Below, piece after piece: positions 51,659 through 62,969 of a DNA stretch of 64,000 nucleotides. The DNA lies in the NCBI RefSeq assembly GCF_004010195.1, contig NC_057720.1, positions 33,200,172 to 33,264,171 of the forward strand, read 5' to 3'. The stretch's first letter is position 1. Every line of letters begins with the position of its first letter. Made by a program: the position numbers and the translations under genes. The notes below the pieces were generated by a model, which ran no database searches, was not told the DNA's origin, and saw only the letters and a list, made by a program, of their open reading frames with translations. Source of the stretch: Chiloscyllium plagiosum. Lineage: Eukaryota.

Positions 51659-53111
51659 AAAAATGATTTGCTGGAAAAGCGCAGCAGGTCAGGCAGCATC
51701 CAAGGAGCAGGAGAATCGACATTTCGGGCATAAGCCCTTCTTCAGGAATAAGGAGGGTGTGCCAAGCAGGCTAAGATAAAAGGTAGGGAGGAGGGACTTG
51801 GGGGAGGGGCGTTGGGAATNNNNNNNNNNNNNNNNNNNNNNNNNNNNNNNNNNNNNNNNNNNNNNNNNNNNNNNNNNNNNNNNNNNNNNNNNNNNNNNNN
51901 NNNNNNNNNNNNNNNNNNNNNNNNNNNNNNNNNNNNNNNNNNNNNNNNNNNNNNNNNNNNNNNNNNNNNNNNNNNNNNNNNNNNNNNNNNNNNNNNNNNN
52001 NNNNNNNNNNNNNNNNNNNNNNNNNNNNNNNNNNNNNNNNNNNNNNNNNNNNNNNNNNNNNNNNNNNNNNNNNNNNNNNNNNNNNNNNNNNNNNNNNNNN
52101 NNNNNNNNNNNNNNNNNNNNNNNNNNNNNNNNNNNNNNNNNNNNNNNNNNNNNNNNNNNNNNNNNNNNNNNNNNNNNNNNNNNNNNNNNNNNNNNNNNNN
52201 NNNNNNNNNNNNNNNNNNNNNNNNNNNNNNNNNNNNNNNNNNNNNNNNNNNNNNNNNNNNNNNNNNNNNNNNNNNNNNNNNNNNNNNNNNNNNNNNNNNN
52301 NNNNNNNNNNNNNNNNNNNNNNNNNNNNNNNNNNNNNNNNNNNNNNNNNNNNNNNNNNNNNNNNNNNNNNNNNNNNNNNNNNNNNNNNNNNNNNNNNNNN
52401 NNNNNNNNNNNNNNNNNNNNNNNNNNNNNNNNNNNNNNNNNNNNNNNNNNNNNNNNNNNNNNNNNNNNNNNNNNNNNNNNNNNNNNNNNNNNNNNNNNNN
52501 NNNNNNNNNNNNNNNNNNNNNNNNNNNNNNNNNNNNNNNNNNNNNNNNNNNNNNNNNNNNNNNNNNNNNNNNNNNNNNNNNNNNNNNNNNNNNNNNNNNN
52601 NNNNNNNNNNNNNNNNNNNNNNNNNNNNNNNNNNNNNNNNNNNNNNNNNNNNNNNNNNNNNNNNNNNNNNNNNNNNNACTGTCCAGGTGAATTTGAGGTC
52701 GGGGTGGAAGGTGAAGTGGATGAACTGTTCAACCTCCTCGTGGGAGCACGAGGCGGCGCCGATACAGTCATTGATGTAGCGGAGGTAAAGGTGGAGGTTG
52801 GTGCCAGTGTAGCTGCGGAAGATGGACTGTTCCACATATCCGACGAAGAGGCAGGCAGAGCTGGGGCCCATGCGGGTGCCCATGACTACTCCTTTGGTTT
52901 GGAGGAAGTGGGAGGATTGGAAAGAGAAGTTGTTCAGAGTGAGGACCAGTTCAGTCAGTCAAAGGAGGGTGTCAGTGGAAGGGTACTGGTAGCCCCACAC
53001 CAGGTCCTAACTCCCAGCCCTGCCGTATTTTCACCATCCCACCAGACCTCCCCCTCTCTGAGGATGAAAGATCAGTCCTCAGCAGAGGCCTCACCTTCAT
53101 CCCCCTACGCC
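51659..53111 (-). mobile_element. Penelope-like element spanning the assembly gap (terminus, RT, inverted N-terminal piece)
   Basis: Minus strand LVLTLNNFSF..QTKGVVMGTRMGPS..LRYINDC (PLE RT); hammerhead at 51714-51749; plus strand PLSEDERSVLSRGLTFIP at 53012-53110. Confidence 0.8.
51820..52677. other. Assembly gap (N run, 858 nt)
   Basis: Run of N. Confidence 1.
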
Positions 53112-53114
53112 TTC

Positions 53115-53361
53115 AGGGAGATGGTTGGGTAATAGTAATGTATCTGGATTAGTAATCTTGAGGTGTAGGCTAATGCTCTGGGAACATGGGTGTCAAATCT
53201 TGTTTTCAATTAATATTTTTGAAATAAAATCTGGAAATGAAAACTAATCTCAGCAATGATGATTGTGAAACTATTATTGATTGTCACAAAAACCTACTTG
53301 TTTCACTGATGTCCGTTAGGAAAACAAATCTGCTCTCCTTGCCTTGTGTGGCCTACATGTT
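53115..53361 (+). mobile_element. SINE (27500 family), 5' part
   Basis: Colinear with 27500-27928 up to ggcctacatgt. Confidence 0.65.
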
Positions 53362-53376
53362 ATTTTTAATTCACTT

Positions 53377-56300
53377 AGAGTCATAGATATGTACAGCACA
53401 GAAACAGACCCTTTGGTCCAACCCAATTTAGTCCCACCTGAAAGCACCCGGCCCATATTCCTCTAAACCCTTCCTACTTATATAGCCATCCAGATGCCTT
53501 TTAAATGCTGTAATTGTACTAGCCTCCACCACTTCCTCTGACAGCCCATTCCACACATGCACCACTCTCTGCATGAAAACATTGCCCCTTTGGTCTCTTT
53601 TATATCTTTCCCCTCTCTATGGCCTCTAGTTCTGGACTCCCCCACCACAGGGAAAAGACTTTGCCTATTTACCATATCCATGTCCCCTCATGATTTTATA
53701 AACTTCAATAAGGTCATCCCTCAGCCTCCGACGCTCCAGGGAAAACAGCCCCAGCCTGTTCAGCCTCTCCCTTTGGCTCAAATCCTCCAACTCTGGCAAC
53801 ATCTTTGTAAATCTTTTCTGAACCCTTTCAAGTTTCACAACATCCTTCCGATAGGAAGGAGACCAGAAATTGCATGCAATATTCCAACAGTGGCCTAACC
53901 AATGTCCTGTACAGCCGCAACATGACCTCCCAACTCCTCTACTCAATACTCTGACCAATACAGGAAAGCATACCAAACGTCTTCTTCACTATCCTATCTA
54001 CCTGTGACTCCAATTTCAAGGAGCTATGAACCTGCACTCCAAGGTCTCTTTGTTCAGCAACACTCCCTAGGACCTTACCATTAAGTGTATAAGTCCTGCT
54101 AAGATTTGTTTTCCCAAAATGCAGCACCTCTAAATTAAACTTCGTCTGCCACTCCTCAGCCCATTGGCCCATCTGGTCCAGATCCTGTTGTAATCTGAGG
54201 TAACCCTCTTCGCTGTCCACTACAATTCCAATTTTGGTATCATCTGCAAAGTTACTAACTATATCTCTTACATTCACATCCAAATCATTTATATAAATGA
54301 TGAAAAGTAGTGGACCCAGCACCGATCCTTGTGGCACTCCACTGGTCACAGGCCTCCAGTCTAAAAACAACCTTCCACCACTACCCTCTGTCTTCTACCT
54401 TTGAGCCAGTTCTGTATCCAAATGGCTAGCTCTTCATGAGATCTAACCTTGCTAACCAGTCTCCCATGGGGAACCTTGTCGAACGCCTTACTGAAGTCCA
54501 TATAAATCATGTCTACTGCTCTGCCCTCAGCAACACTCTTTGTTCAAAAAACTCAATCAAGTTTGTGAGACATGATTTCCCGAGCAAAAAGCCATGTTGA
54601 CTATCCCGAATCAGTCCTTGCCTTTCCAAATACATGTACATCCTGTCCCTCAGGATTCCCTCCAACAAGTTGCCCACCACTGACATCAGGCTCACCGGTC
54701 TATAGTTCCCTGACTTGTCCTTACCATCTTTTCTAAATAGTGGCACCATGTTAGCCAACTTCCAGTCTTCTGGCACCTCACCTGTGACTATCGATGATAC
54801 AAATAATCTCAGCAAGAGGCCCAGCAATCACTTCCCTAGCTTCCCACAGAGTTCTTGGGTACACCTGTCAGGTCCTGGGGATTTATCCACTTTTACGCGT
54901 TTCAAGACATCCAGCATTTTTTCCTCTGTAATATGGACATTTTTCAAGGTGTCACCATCTATTTCCCTACATTCTATACCTTCCATGTCTTTTTTCCACA
55001 GTAAACACTGATGCAAAATACTCATTTAGTATCTCCCCCAACTGCTGTGGCTCCACACAAAGGCCACCTTGCTGATCCGTGAGGGGCCTATTCTCTCCCG
55101 AGTTACCATTTTGTCCTTAATGTATTTGTAAAAACCCTTTGGATTCTCCTTAACTCTATTTGCAAAAGCTATTTCATGTCCCCTTTTTGCCCTCCTAATT
55201 ACTCTCTTAAGTATACTTCTACTGCCTTTATACTCTTCTAAGGATTCACTCGATCTATCTTGTCTAAACCTGACGTATGCTTCCTTCTTTTTCTTAACCA
55301 AGCCCTCAATTTCTTAAGTCATCCAACACTCCCTATACTTACCAGCCTTTCCTTTCACCCTAACAGGAATATACTTTCTCTGGATTCTCATTATCTCATT
55401 TCTGAAGGCTTCCCATTTTCCAGCTGTCCCTTTATCTGTGAACATCTGCCCCAGTCAGCTTTTGAAAGTTCTTGCCTAATACCGTCAAAATTGGTCTTTC
55501 TCCATTTTAGAACTTTAACTTTTAGATCTGGTCTGTCCTTTTCTATCACTATTGGGGAGCCCCAAAGTGCTCCCCTACTGACACCTCAGTCACCTGCCCT
55601 GCCTTATTTCCCAAGAGTGGGTCAAGTTTTGCACCTTCTCTAGTAGGTACATCCACATACTGAATCAGAAAATTTTCTTGTACATGCTTAACAAATTTGT
55701 TTCCATCTAAACCCTTAACACTGTGGCAGTCCCAGTCTATTAATTTTAAAATTGGGCGGCACGGTGGCTCAGTGGTTAGCACTACAGCTACACAGCACCA
55801 GAGACCCAGATTCGATTCCAGCCTCGGGTGACTGTCTGTGTGGAGTTTGTACATTCTCCCTGTGTTTGTATGGGTTTCCTCCAGGTGCTCTGGTTTCCTC
55901 CCACAGTCCAAAGATGTGCAGGTCAGGTGGATTGGCCATGTTAAATTGCCCATAGTGTTAGGTGCATTAGTCAAAGGGAAATGGGTCGAGGTGGATTACT
56001 CTTCAGAGGATTGGTGTGACTTGTTGGGCCGAAGGTCCTGTTTCCACACTGTAGGAATCTAATCTAAAATAGAATTATGGTCGCTGGCCTCAAAGTGCTC
56101 CCTCAGTCACCTGCCCTGCCTTATTTCCCAAGAGTGGGTCAGGTTTTGCACCTTCTCTAGTAGGTAGATCCACATACTGAATCAGAAAATTTTCTTGTAC
56201 ACGCTTAACAAATTTGTTTCCATCTGAACCCTTAACACCATGGCAGTCCCAGTCTATGTTTGGAAAGTTAAAATCCCCTACCATAACCACCCTATTATTC
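53377..56300 (-). mobile_element. CR1 LINE ORF2 (endonuclease C-terminus and RT), frameshifted
   Basis: [63 protein letters not shown]; tagagtcatag tail. Confidence 0.95.
55753..56066 (+). mobile_element. HE1-like SINE nested in CR1
   Basis: gggcggcacggtggctcagtggttagcact head; cctgtttccacactgtaggaatctaatct tail. Confidence 0.9.
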
Positions 56301-56304
56301 TTAT

Positions 56305-56550
56305 AAATTGTGGGACATGGGTATTGCTGATTGGCCAGCATTTATTGTCTGTCCCTAGTTGCCCTTCAGAAGGTTGTAGTGAGCTGCCTTCTCGAACTGC
56401 CGCAGTCCACACACTGTGATTTGACCCACAATGTTGGAGGAATTCCAGGATTTTGACCCAGTGACAGTGAAAGACCAGGGATATATTTTCAAGTTAGGGC
56501 GATGAGTGACTTGGAGGCGAACTTGCAGGTGGTGGTGGTTCTCGAGATCT
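56305..56550 (-). mobile_element. L2/CR1-clade LINE 3' fragment
   Basis: Colinear with 886-1140. Confidence 0.7.
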
Positions 56551-56551
56551 G

Positions 56552-56690
56552 CAGCAATGTGGGTGACTCTAAGATTACCTCTGAAATAGCTGAGCAAGCC
56601 ATTCAGTTTGAGGGCATTTAGGAGGGCAGCAAACACTGGCCTTGCCAAAGATGCCCATGCTCCCATGAAAGAATAAAGAAAAAAAATCAT
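56552..56690 (+). mobile_element. SINE (27500 family), 3' part
   Basis: cagcaatgtgggtgactct..ggccttgcca..cccatgaaagaataaa continues 53115-53361. Confidence 0.65.
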
Positions 56691-57469
56691 CTCTTTAAAT
56701 TCTAGGGATGCTTAATGTGACATTCAAGTCAGTCATGTCCATTATTTGGGTGCTGTAGATGTCCATTTGGTTTCAAAATAGCATCGATGGTGAATGTGCA
56801 AACTATTAAGGTGAATTGCTCATAGCACAATATTAAAGAGGGTATTAGCTCTTCTGCAGTGAATGTGTATGTGGACCAATGTCCTTTAGCTTACAACTGT
56901 GTTCGACACGACCAGATCAGGGACTGGGTGTGGTTTTGGAGTTCAGCGTGCCAGTTAACACATTATCTTAACCTCATAAAGCTGAACATGCACTCAACAG
57001 CTGCAAATACTCCCTTAAAATTATCATTAATAGGTTCCAGGGGAGTTAATGATGATTTCTTCTGGATGCACTTTTGAATTAATGAGTATTTGATACGTCC
57101 TATAGACATTTAATATGAGAAAGTCAAAATGGAGTGGAAAGTGTTGAAGGACTGTTTTGCTGATGTCAAAGCTTCTGAAATCAACAATTGTTCTGAGATG
57201 TGGATGCACTTATAGGCATTTCTCTTGATATAAAACATATGTAAATTTCAATGAGATATGCACTGTAGTGAAACCATCAGCACTGATGTCTGTCAGAGCC
57301 ATAACTGCAAACTCACATCAGGGCAAAAGAGAACATATCCAGTAGCTGTGAAGCTGACTGAGGACATGAAGTTTCATTTACGACTGCCTTCGGAACAGGA
57401 GTTGGAGATATTTGAATTCCCCACAATTTGCCAATCAACGCCATAAGAGAGACATAATTCTGTCTTCAT

Positions 57470-57663
57470 GGAGTCATAGAATCACAAGAGCATGGAAACA
57501 GGCCTTCCAGCCCAGTGAGTTCACAACCACTGAGCACCCCACCCAGACCCAAACCCCCACTCTATCCCTGTAACCCTGCACTTCCAATGGCCAATCCATC
57601 TTGCCTGCACTCCCTGAACACTATGGGCAATTTAGCATGGCCAATCCATCTAACTACACATCT
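57470..57663 (-). mobile_element. HE1-like SINE 3' part
   Basis: tcatagaatc..ggaaacaggcc..atgggcaatttagcatggccaatcc. Confidence 0.75.
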
Positions 57664-57989
57664 TCTGAAACAATGGGCTGAGTCTTCTCACCTTTGGCTA
57701 AGTGTCAGGTACATTGGGTTTTTTTGGAGGGTTTTTCAATGTGAGATCACTTACCAAGCATGCCTCATTAGCTATTTACCTTGCCCCTGCAGCACCCCTC
57801 TTGTCCAATTCTAGCACCATTTTAACAGCTTCCATTTGCGGAATAACTTGCCACTGCCAGGGCACCCTGCAATTGACTGGCATCCCTGGTATTGGTGTCA
57901 TCTTTAAAAGACTGTTGCGCACCTGGACAAACACTGTCAGTCCTGAGCTGCCCTTCAGGGTTCGTGACATTTGCCCCGGACAAGACAGA

Positions 57990-58160
57990 TGGAGGAAATT
58001 TGTCACCTGCTTAGCAGGCAGGGACATGGGGGTTCTGCTGGATGGGGTTGTGCAAAGATGGGAGGTACTCTTTCCCTCTCCTCCACCCCTGTAATGGCAG
58101 AGGAGGCTCAATACCAGACCATGCCCTCCAGCTGTCTGGAGGAATAGCCAGAAACATGGG
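57990..58160 (+). pseudogene. Harbinger Myb/SANT-like ORF remnant
   Basis: CLAGRDMGVLLDGVVQRWEVLFP (end of ORF 57702-58094), followed by a frameshifted W..IA-like motif. Confidence 0.5.
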
Positions 58161-58689
58161 AAGGAAGTCAATGTCTTTCCCTGCCCTATCAGCACAAGTG
58201 GAGTCATCTTTCCTCTGATCCTCAAACTCACTCAATCCCTGGACCCATCTCTGAAGGTTCACGTCCTAGCACTTTCACAGCTGCCTGTAACATCTTCCCT
58301 CACTTGCTCTCACCCATGCCAACCCCAAATACCACTAACCCTGCATGTCCTCTATGCTGCCTAATCACTGTTGGAGACACCTCCTTGACTGTACCAGCAC
58401 TAACAGCTTTGTCATCCACTTTCATCTCCTGCAATGCCCACATCTCTCTCATTCCAGGAGGAAAACAGCCCGCATAAGGTAGAAAGAATCAAGCGTGTTA
58501 GATGTAAGTGTCATGGGTGGTGGACAGTCCCACTTGCAGCTCTTCATCCCTAATGGGGAGAGCTTCCTGACTCTGACTGACCCTTTGTAAGCTCCTGGAC
58601 TGGTATCAAAAGGCTGCCCTTTCTTTACTGTGCCAGGACCCCCTGACTGAAAGCTGTCTGCCTTGACTTGACTGAAGACAGCTGACAGG

Positions 58690-58808
58690 GCGAAAGTGAG
58701 TAGTGCAGATGCTGGAGATCAGAGTCTAGATTAGAGTGGTGCTGAAAAAGCACAGCAGGTCAGGCAGCATCCGAGGAGCAGGAAAATCGACATTTCGGGC
58801 AAAGGCCC
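58690..58808 (-). mobile_element. PLE terminal fragment
   Basis: gcagatgctggagatcagag..gcacagcaggtcaggcagcatccgaggagcaggaaaatcgacatttcgggcaaaggccc. Confidence 0.8.
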
Positions 58809-59404
58809 TGACGGCCAAGACAAGTGTCATGGCTTTGTGTCTACATTAAATAGCAAACAACACAACACGCCTGTGTGCCAGGTATCACTGGCTGAAGAGA
58901 CAATGCATAAAAAGGCAAGGCAATGCAATGCAAGGCAGAGATTCTGTGAGCTTCCAGTCAGGATCAGAGTAAGGTAGCACTATGAGAGCAAGTGAACAGG
59001 CCAGACATGCCTCCTGGTCCAGTTCCTGAGCTGAGTGCATGGGTGTCCCTGCATGCCTGGTGTCCTTGCTGCAGCATTACAATGATAGTTGATGGTGCAT
59101 TCTGAGGATCAGCATTGATGTGCCGAAGCATCCTCAAAGTGGATTGCAGATGTGCCATGAGGGTTCTAAGAGGGACATATCAGTGGAATGTGAGTTGCGT
59201 CTGACTGGTGCCCATGGAGAATCTCCTGAGGTGTTAGTGCCTGGCCTTTGAAGCAAGTGGCACACTGAAGTCACCAAGTAGCTGCTCTGACGTCCATCTT
59301 GAGAATTTTCCATATCTGGTTCATTTGGTAAAATGCAAAGCTGCATTTTAGTGATGTGAGATGTGTCTGTATATAGGTCATTAACAAACAATAATTCCCC
59401 TTAA

Positions 59405-61194
59405 TAGAATCATAGAGTCATAGAGATGTACAGCACGGACCCTTCAGTCCAACCTGTCCATGCCGACCAGATATCCCAACCCAATCTAATCCCACCTGCT
59501 AGCACCTGGCCCATATCCCTCCAAACCCTTCCTATTCATATACCCATCCAAATGCCTCTTAAATGTTGCAATTGTATCAGCCTCCACCACATCCTCTGGC
59601 AGTTCATTCCATACACGTACCACCTTTTGCGTGAAGACATTGCCCCTTAGGTCTCTTTTATATCTTTTCCCCTCACCCTAAACCTATGCCCTCTAGTTCT
59701 GAACTTCCCCACCCCAGGGAAAAGACTTTTTCTATTTATCCGATCCATGCCCCTCATGATTTTATAAGGTCAGCCTCCGATGCTGCAGGGAAAACAGCCC
59801 CAGCCTATTCATCCTCTGCCTATAGCTCAAATCTCCAACTTTGGCAACACCCTTGTAAATCTTTTCTGAACCCTTTCAAATTTCACAACATCTTTCCGAT
59901 AGGAAGGAGACCAAAATTGCACACAATATTCCAAAAGTGGTCTAACCAATGTCCTGTACAACCACAACATGACCTCCTAACTCCTGTACTCAATACTCTG
60001 ACCAATAAAGGAAAGCATATCAAATGCCTTCTTCACTATCCTATCTACCTGTGACTCCACTTTCAAGGAGCTATGAACCTACATTCCAAGTTCTCTTTGT
60101 TCAGCAACACTCCCAAGGACCTTACCATTAATTGTGTAAGTCCTGCTAAGATTTGATTTCCCAAAATGTAGCACCTCAGACTTATCTAAATTAAACACCA
60201 TCTGCCACTTCTCAGCCCATTGGCCCATGTGATCAAGATCCCGTTGTAATCTGAGGTAACCTTCTTTGCTGTCCACTACACTTCCAATTTTGGTGTCATC
60301 TGCAAAATTGCTAACTATAACTCTTATGGTCACATCCAATTCATTTTTTTAATGATGAAACGTAGTGGACCCAGCATTGATCCTTGCGGCACTCCACTGG
60401 TCACAGGCCTCCAGTCTGAAAAACAACCCTCCACCACCACCCTGTCTTCTACCTTTGAGCCAGTTCCATGTCCAAATGGTTAGTTCTCTCTGTATTCCAT
60501 GAGATCTAATCTTGCTAACCAGTCTCCCATGGGGAACCTTGTCGAAAGCCTTACTGAAGTCTATATAGATCACATCAACCACTCTGTCCTCATCAATTCT
60601 CTTTGTTACTTCTTCAAAAAACTCAATCAAGTTTGTGAGACGATTTCCCAGGCACAAAGCCATGTTGACTATCCCTAATCAGTCCTTGCCTTTCCAAATA
60701 CATGTACATACTGTCCCTCAGGATTCCCTCCAATAACTTGCCCACCACCGGACATCAGGCTCACTGATCTATAGTTCCCTGGCTTGTCTTTACCACCTTT
60801 CTTAAATAGTGGCACCACGTTTGCCAACCTCCAGTCTTCTGGCACCTTACCTGTGACTATTGATGATAAAAATATCTCAGTAACAGGCCTAGCAATAACT
60901 TCCCTAGCTTTCCACAGGGTTCTATGGTACACCTGATCCGGTCCTGGGGACTTATTCACTTTTATGCATTTCAAGACATCCAGCAATTCCTTCTTTGTAA
61001 TATGGACATTTTTCAAGATGTCACCATCTATTTTCCTACATTCTATATCTTCTATGTCTTTTTTCCACAGTAAACACTGATGCAAAATACTTGTTTAGTA
61101 TATCCTCCATCTCCTGCAGCTCCACACAAAGACTGCCTTGCTGATCTTTGAGGGGCCCTATTCTCTCCCTAGTTACCCTTTTGTCCTTCATGTT
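59405..61194 (-). mobile_element. CR1 LINE, 5'-truncated
   Basis: ORFs 60079, 60349 and 60675 (FADDTK; IDFSKAFDKVPHGRL; KSPGPD..NYRSVSL); catagagt tail. Confidence 0.95.
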
Positions 61195-61324
61195 TGTGAG
61201 AAGGTGGGTAAGTGGAGCTCAGCCCACAGAACGATCTGCCATGATCTTATTTAAAGGTGGAGAAGGCTTGAGGGGCCAGGTGCCCTACTCCTGCTCTCAT
61301 TTCATATGTTTGATCTTCCAAACC

Positions 61325-61836
61325 CAAATCAAGAAAGCACAAGGACGCCTCTACTTCTTCAGAAAGTTAAAGGATATTCAGCATGTTCACTATAGAAAGC
61401 ATCTTATCTGGATGCATCACAGGCTGGTATGGCAACTGCTGCTCACAAGATGACCAGAAACTAGAGTCATGAACACATCCCAGCCATCATGAAAACCAAC
61501 TTTCTATCCATTGACTCCATATATACTTCCTGCTGCCTCAGGAAAGCAACCAACATCATCTAAGACTCCTCCCACCCTGGTTATATTCTCTTTCGCCCTC
61601 TTCCATTGGTCAGAAGATGTAGGAGTTTGAAAAATAATTCAAGAACAGCTTCTTCCCTGTTATCAGATGTTTGAATGGACTTCTCCATTGATAATGTTGA
61701 TCTCTCTGTGGCTGTAACATTATATTCTGCATTCTGTTCCGCTATCCTGAGGTACTTTGTATGGTAGATCTATGTGTATAGCATGCAAAACAGCACTTTT
61801 CACTGTATCTCAGTACATGATAACATTAAATCAATC
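61325..61836 (+). mobile_element. Rex1/Babar-like LINE 3' fragment
   Basis: KKAQGRLYFFRKL, ESILSGCITGWYGNC, DSSHPG, FKNSFFP motifs. Confidence 0.7.
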
Positions 61837-62034
61837 TCAAAACTATAATTTCTCATACCTTTACTGATCTCATCATGCCTTAATGCAGCTGCCCTGCTCT
61901 TTTCACTTTCTTCCGGTCTGTCTTTCTGAAATTTCAAATATCCTTGAACATTCAGGACCCAGCGTTGGTCATCTTGTAACTGTATGTCGATAATATTTAT
62001 CATATACCAATTTGTTTCTTCTTTTTTTTTCTGA

Positions 62035-62120
62035 CACAAATGGAGAGTCCTTGACACTGATCCAGCCCCCTCAGAGCCAGGTCTCAGAGTGAATAGAACC
62101 TCTGACTCTCCTGTTTTTTT
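62035..62120 (-). mobile_element. LTR fragment related to 37733-37967
   Basis: agtccttga..tcagag..tcaga..ctctgac.ctcct shared. Confidence 0.5.
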
Positions 62121-62166
62121 TAGAGTGAACAGGATCTTTCACACTCATTTGTTTTTCCCCCAGCAC

Positions 62167-62880
62167 CCGTGTTGTGGGTGTGCAGGTGTAAGACACAGTG
62201 GAAGACACACGGTGTACAAATCTTTATTCAGTTTCCACCACCAGGAAGAAATGAAATACACAAGTGGCCAGTGACAAGCAGTGCCCTTCACATCAAAGGG
62301 CAATGCTGTGTGATTAAACAGTGAAGGGGAGGGCAGGGATTAAATCAAAATATAGTTGGATGGGGAAAAAATACAAAATCTGGATTAGAGTGGTGCTGGA
62401 AAAGCACAGCAGGTCATGCAGAAAATCCCTTCATCAGGAATGAAGGCCAGGAGCTCCAGGGCTTTCCACCCGGGTGCCCGAAGACCAGGAGCGTGGGACT
62501 GAAGTGCAACCAAAAACAGATCTGGTGAAAAATGCATGTTGACACCCAGCTGATGTATAAAACATACAGCAAGTTGCTCCCAATATTAAACAGGCCTCAG
62601 CAGACTATCACACAATACTGTCACAACTCTCACTATAACCCATGATGTTCAGACCTCTATATGGTTCCACTCAGTGTGCCCAAAGTCTGGACCATTCTGG
62701 AGGAGTGCTTCAGTACTTAGGAGGTCTAGTGTCAAGATTCGTGATGGGCCACTATGTGATACACGTATCAGGGGAGTGTCCATGTCAGCATCTACACATC
62801 GAACACCTCGAGAGCAGTAGCATGGGGTGTGGAAGAGAAGGAAGAAGGGAGATGAAATGAAGAATTGAAGCAGCCCCTTT
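62167..62880 (-). mobile_element. Tx1-clade LINE 3' remnant (small PLE piece at about 62380-62440)
   Basis: Minus strand FWLHFSPTLLVFGHP at about 62470-62516; AATAAA near the 3' end at about 62223-62228; far boundary uncertain. Confidence 0.55.
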
Positions 62881-62969
62881 TTGTCAGTCTCTCTCCAAAG
62901 ATCTCATCCGAGTGTGATACAAGTAACTGCAGCCCCAATTCCTTTTCCCAATAAACCCAATAAACTCCT

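Noticed and set aside
51689..53132. The longest ORFs in the track (292-444 aa)
   Set aside because: They are artefacts of translating through the 858-nt N gap; only the flanking PLE RT fragment is real
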